Below, piece by piece: positions 62,975-64,000 of a stretch of DNA of 64,000 nt. Numbering within the stretch: position 1 is the first letter of the stretch; every line of letters begins with the position of its first letter. The DNA comes from Ruditapes philippinarum (lineage: Eukaryota): contig NW_026863297.1 in assembly GCF_026571515.1 (NCBI RefSeq), positions 248,001-312,000 of the forward strand, in the 5' to 3' direction. Under the pieces are notes generated by a model. It saw only the letters and a program-made list of their open reading frames with translations, was not told the DNA's origin and searched no databases. A program made the translations under genes and the position numbers.

Positions 62975-63680
62975 AGTGTGATCCAGAATAATAAATGTGA
63001 TCCAGATTGAGTGTGATCCAGAATAATGAGTGTGATCCAGAAAAGTGAGTGTGATCCAGAATAATAAATGTGATCCAGATTGAGTGTGATCCAGAATAAT
63101 AAATGTGATCCAGAATAATAAATGTGATCCAGAATGAGTGTGATCCAGAATAATAAATGTGATCCAGAATAATAAATGTGATCCAGAATGAGTGTGATCC
63201 AGAATAATAAATGTGATCCAGAATAGTAAGTGTGATCCAGAATAATAAGTGTGATCCAGAATAATGAGTGTGATCCAGAATAATGAGTATGATCCAGAAT
63301 AATGAGTGTGATCCAGAATAATGAGTGTGATCCAGAATGGTGAGTGTGATCCAAAATAATGAGTGTGATCAAGAATAATGAGTGTGATCCAGAATAATAA
63401 GTGTGATCCAGAATGATGAGTGTGATCCAGAAAAGTGAGTGTGATCCAAAATAATGATTGTGATCCAGAATAGTAAGTGTGATCCAGAATAATGAGTGTG
63501 ATCCAGAATATTAAGTGTGATCCAGAATAATGAGTGTGATCTAGAATAATAAGTATGATCCAGAATAATGAGTGTGATCCAGAATAATAAGTGTGATCCA
63601 GAATCAATGAGCATGATCCAGAATGATTGTGATCCAGAATAAATGAGTGTGATGTGCAAAAACAATGTGATCAAGAATAA
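62975..63680. repeat. 19-bp minisatellite (GTGTGATCCAGAATAATGA) with 16-bp variants
   Basis: About 37 tandem units; explains the repetitive ORFs at 62864-63674. Confidence 0.95.
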
Positions 63681-64000
63681 TGTTGCTGATATAATACCAC
63701 TGCACTTATAATGATTAAATTCAGAAGGTATATATTAATATATTTTAGGAATACTATTACATGTATTTACCTCTCATAAAAATGTTTACTAGAAAGAATC
63801 ACACTTGGCCCTTCCACGCTTTGCAAGATCCTGGCCTACAAAATCCCTGTCGAATTTAACTGAACAAGTACCAGATCAAGATACTCTAATAAGTATACTA
63901 TTTCATACAAATAAGGGTTCAATGAAAAAGCATACTTCAATCAAAACTAAAAAATAATGTTGACCCTCATTATTTAAATGTTCAACTGCCACAAATGTTC

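Noticed and set aside
62864-63674. Three overlapping ORFs of 101-247 aa
   Set aside because: All come from the 19/16-bp minisatellite.
63771-63835. Possible upstream FGD exon (tag...GAG|GTAAAT on - strand)
   Set aside because: The open reading ends in phase 2 whereas the 56280 acceptor needs phase 1; no homology support.
1-64000. Autonomous transposase, reverse transcriptase, viral or horizontally acquired gene system
   Set aside because: No ORF with DDE, RT, Rep/Hel or viral motifs is visible; every long non-repeat ORF is explained by the three host genes.

Overview
Eukaryotic, AT-rich, intron-rich animal genomic DNA. The repeat families suggest a mollusc, probably a bivalve (inference). 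Three spliced protein-coding genes can be reconstructed by hand: (1) the first coding exon of a caveolin gene (- strand, 5298-5432; the rest is not found in the window); (2) a complete 7-exon mitochondrial ATP synthase F1 gamma subunit gene (ATP5F1C, + strand, 6374-17186, 292 aa), head-to-head with caveolin across about 940 bp; (3) the 3' part (16 exons) of an FGD/frabin-type Cdc42 GEF (DH-PH-FYVE-PH, - strand, 24154-56280; start codon not found), convergent with ATP5F1C. One FGD exon (about 41125-41222) carries several indels in an error-looking stretch. Introns and intergenic DNA are packed with non-autonomous transposons: Helentron/HINE-like satellite carriers (some nested), MITEs with verifiable 2-, 4- and 8-bp target-site duplications, tRNA-derived SINEs, and several minisatellites. 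No prokaryotic-type system, CRISPR array or autonomous transposase is supported. The most unusual signals are a 24-bp minisatellite that copies the adjacent exon's splice donor, a latent donor overlapping the ATP5F1C stop codon with candidate alternative last exons, an intronic array of perfect nuclear-receptor DR1/DR0 motifs, and a minisatellite that appears to be growing out of a MITE.
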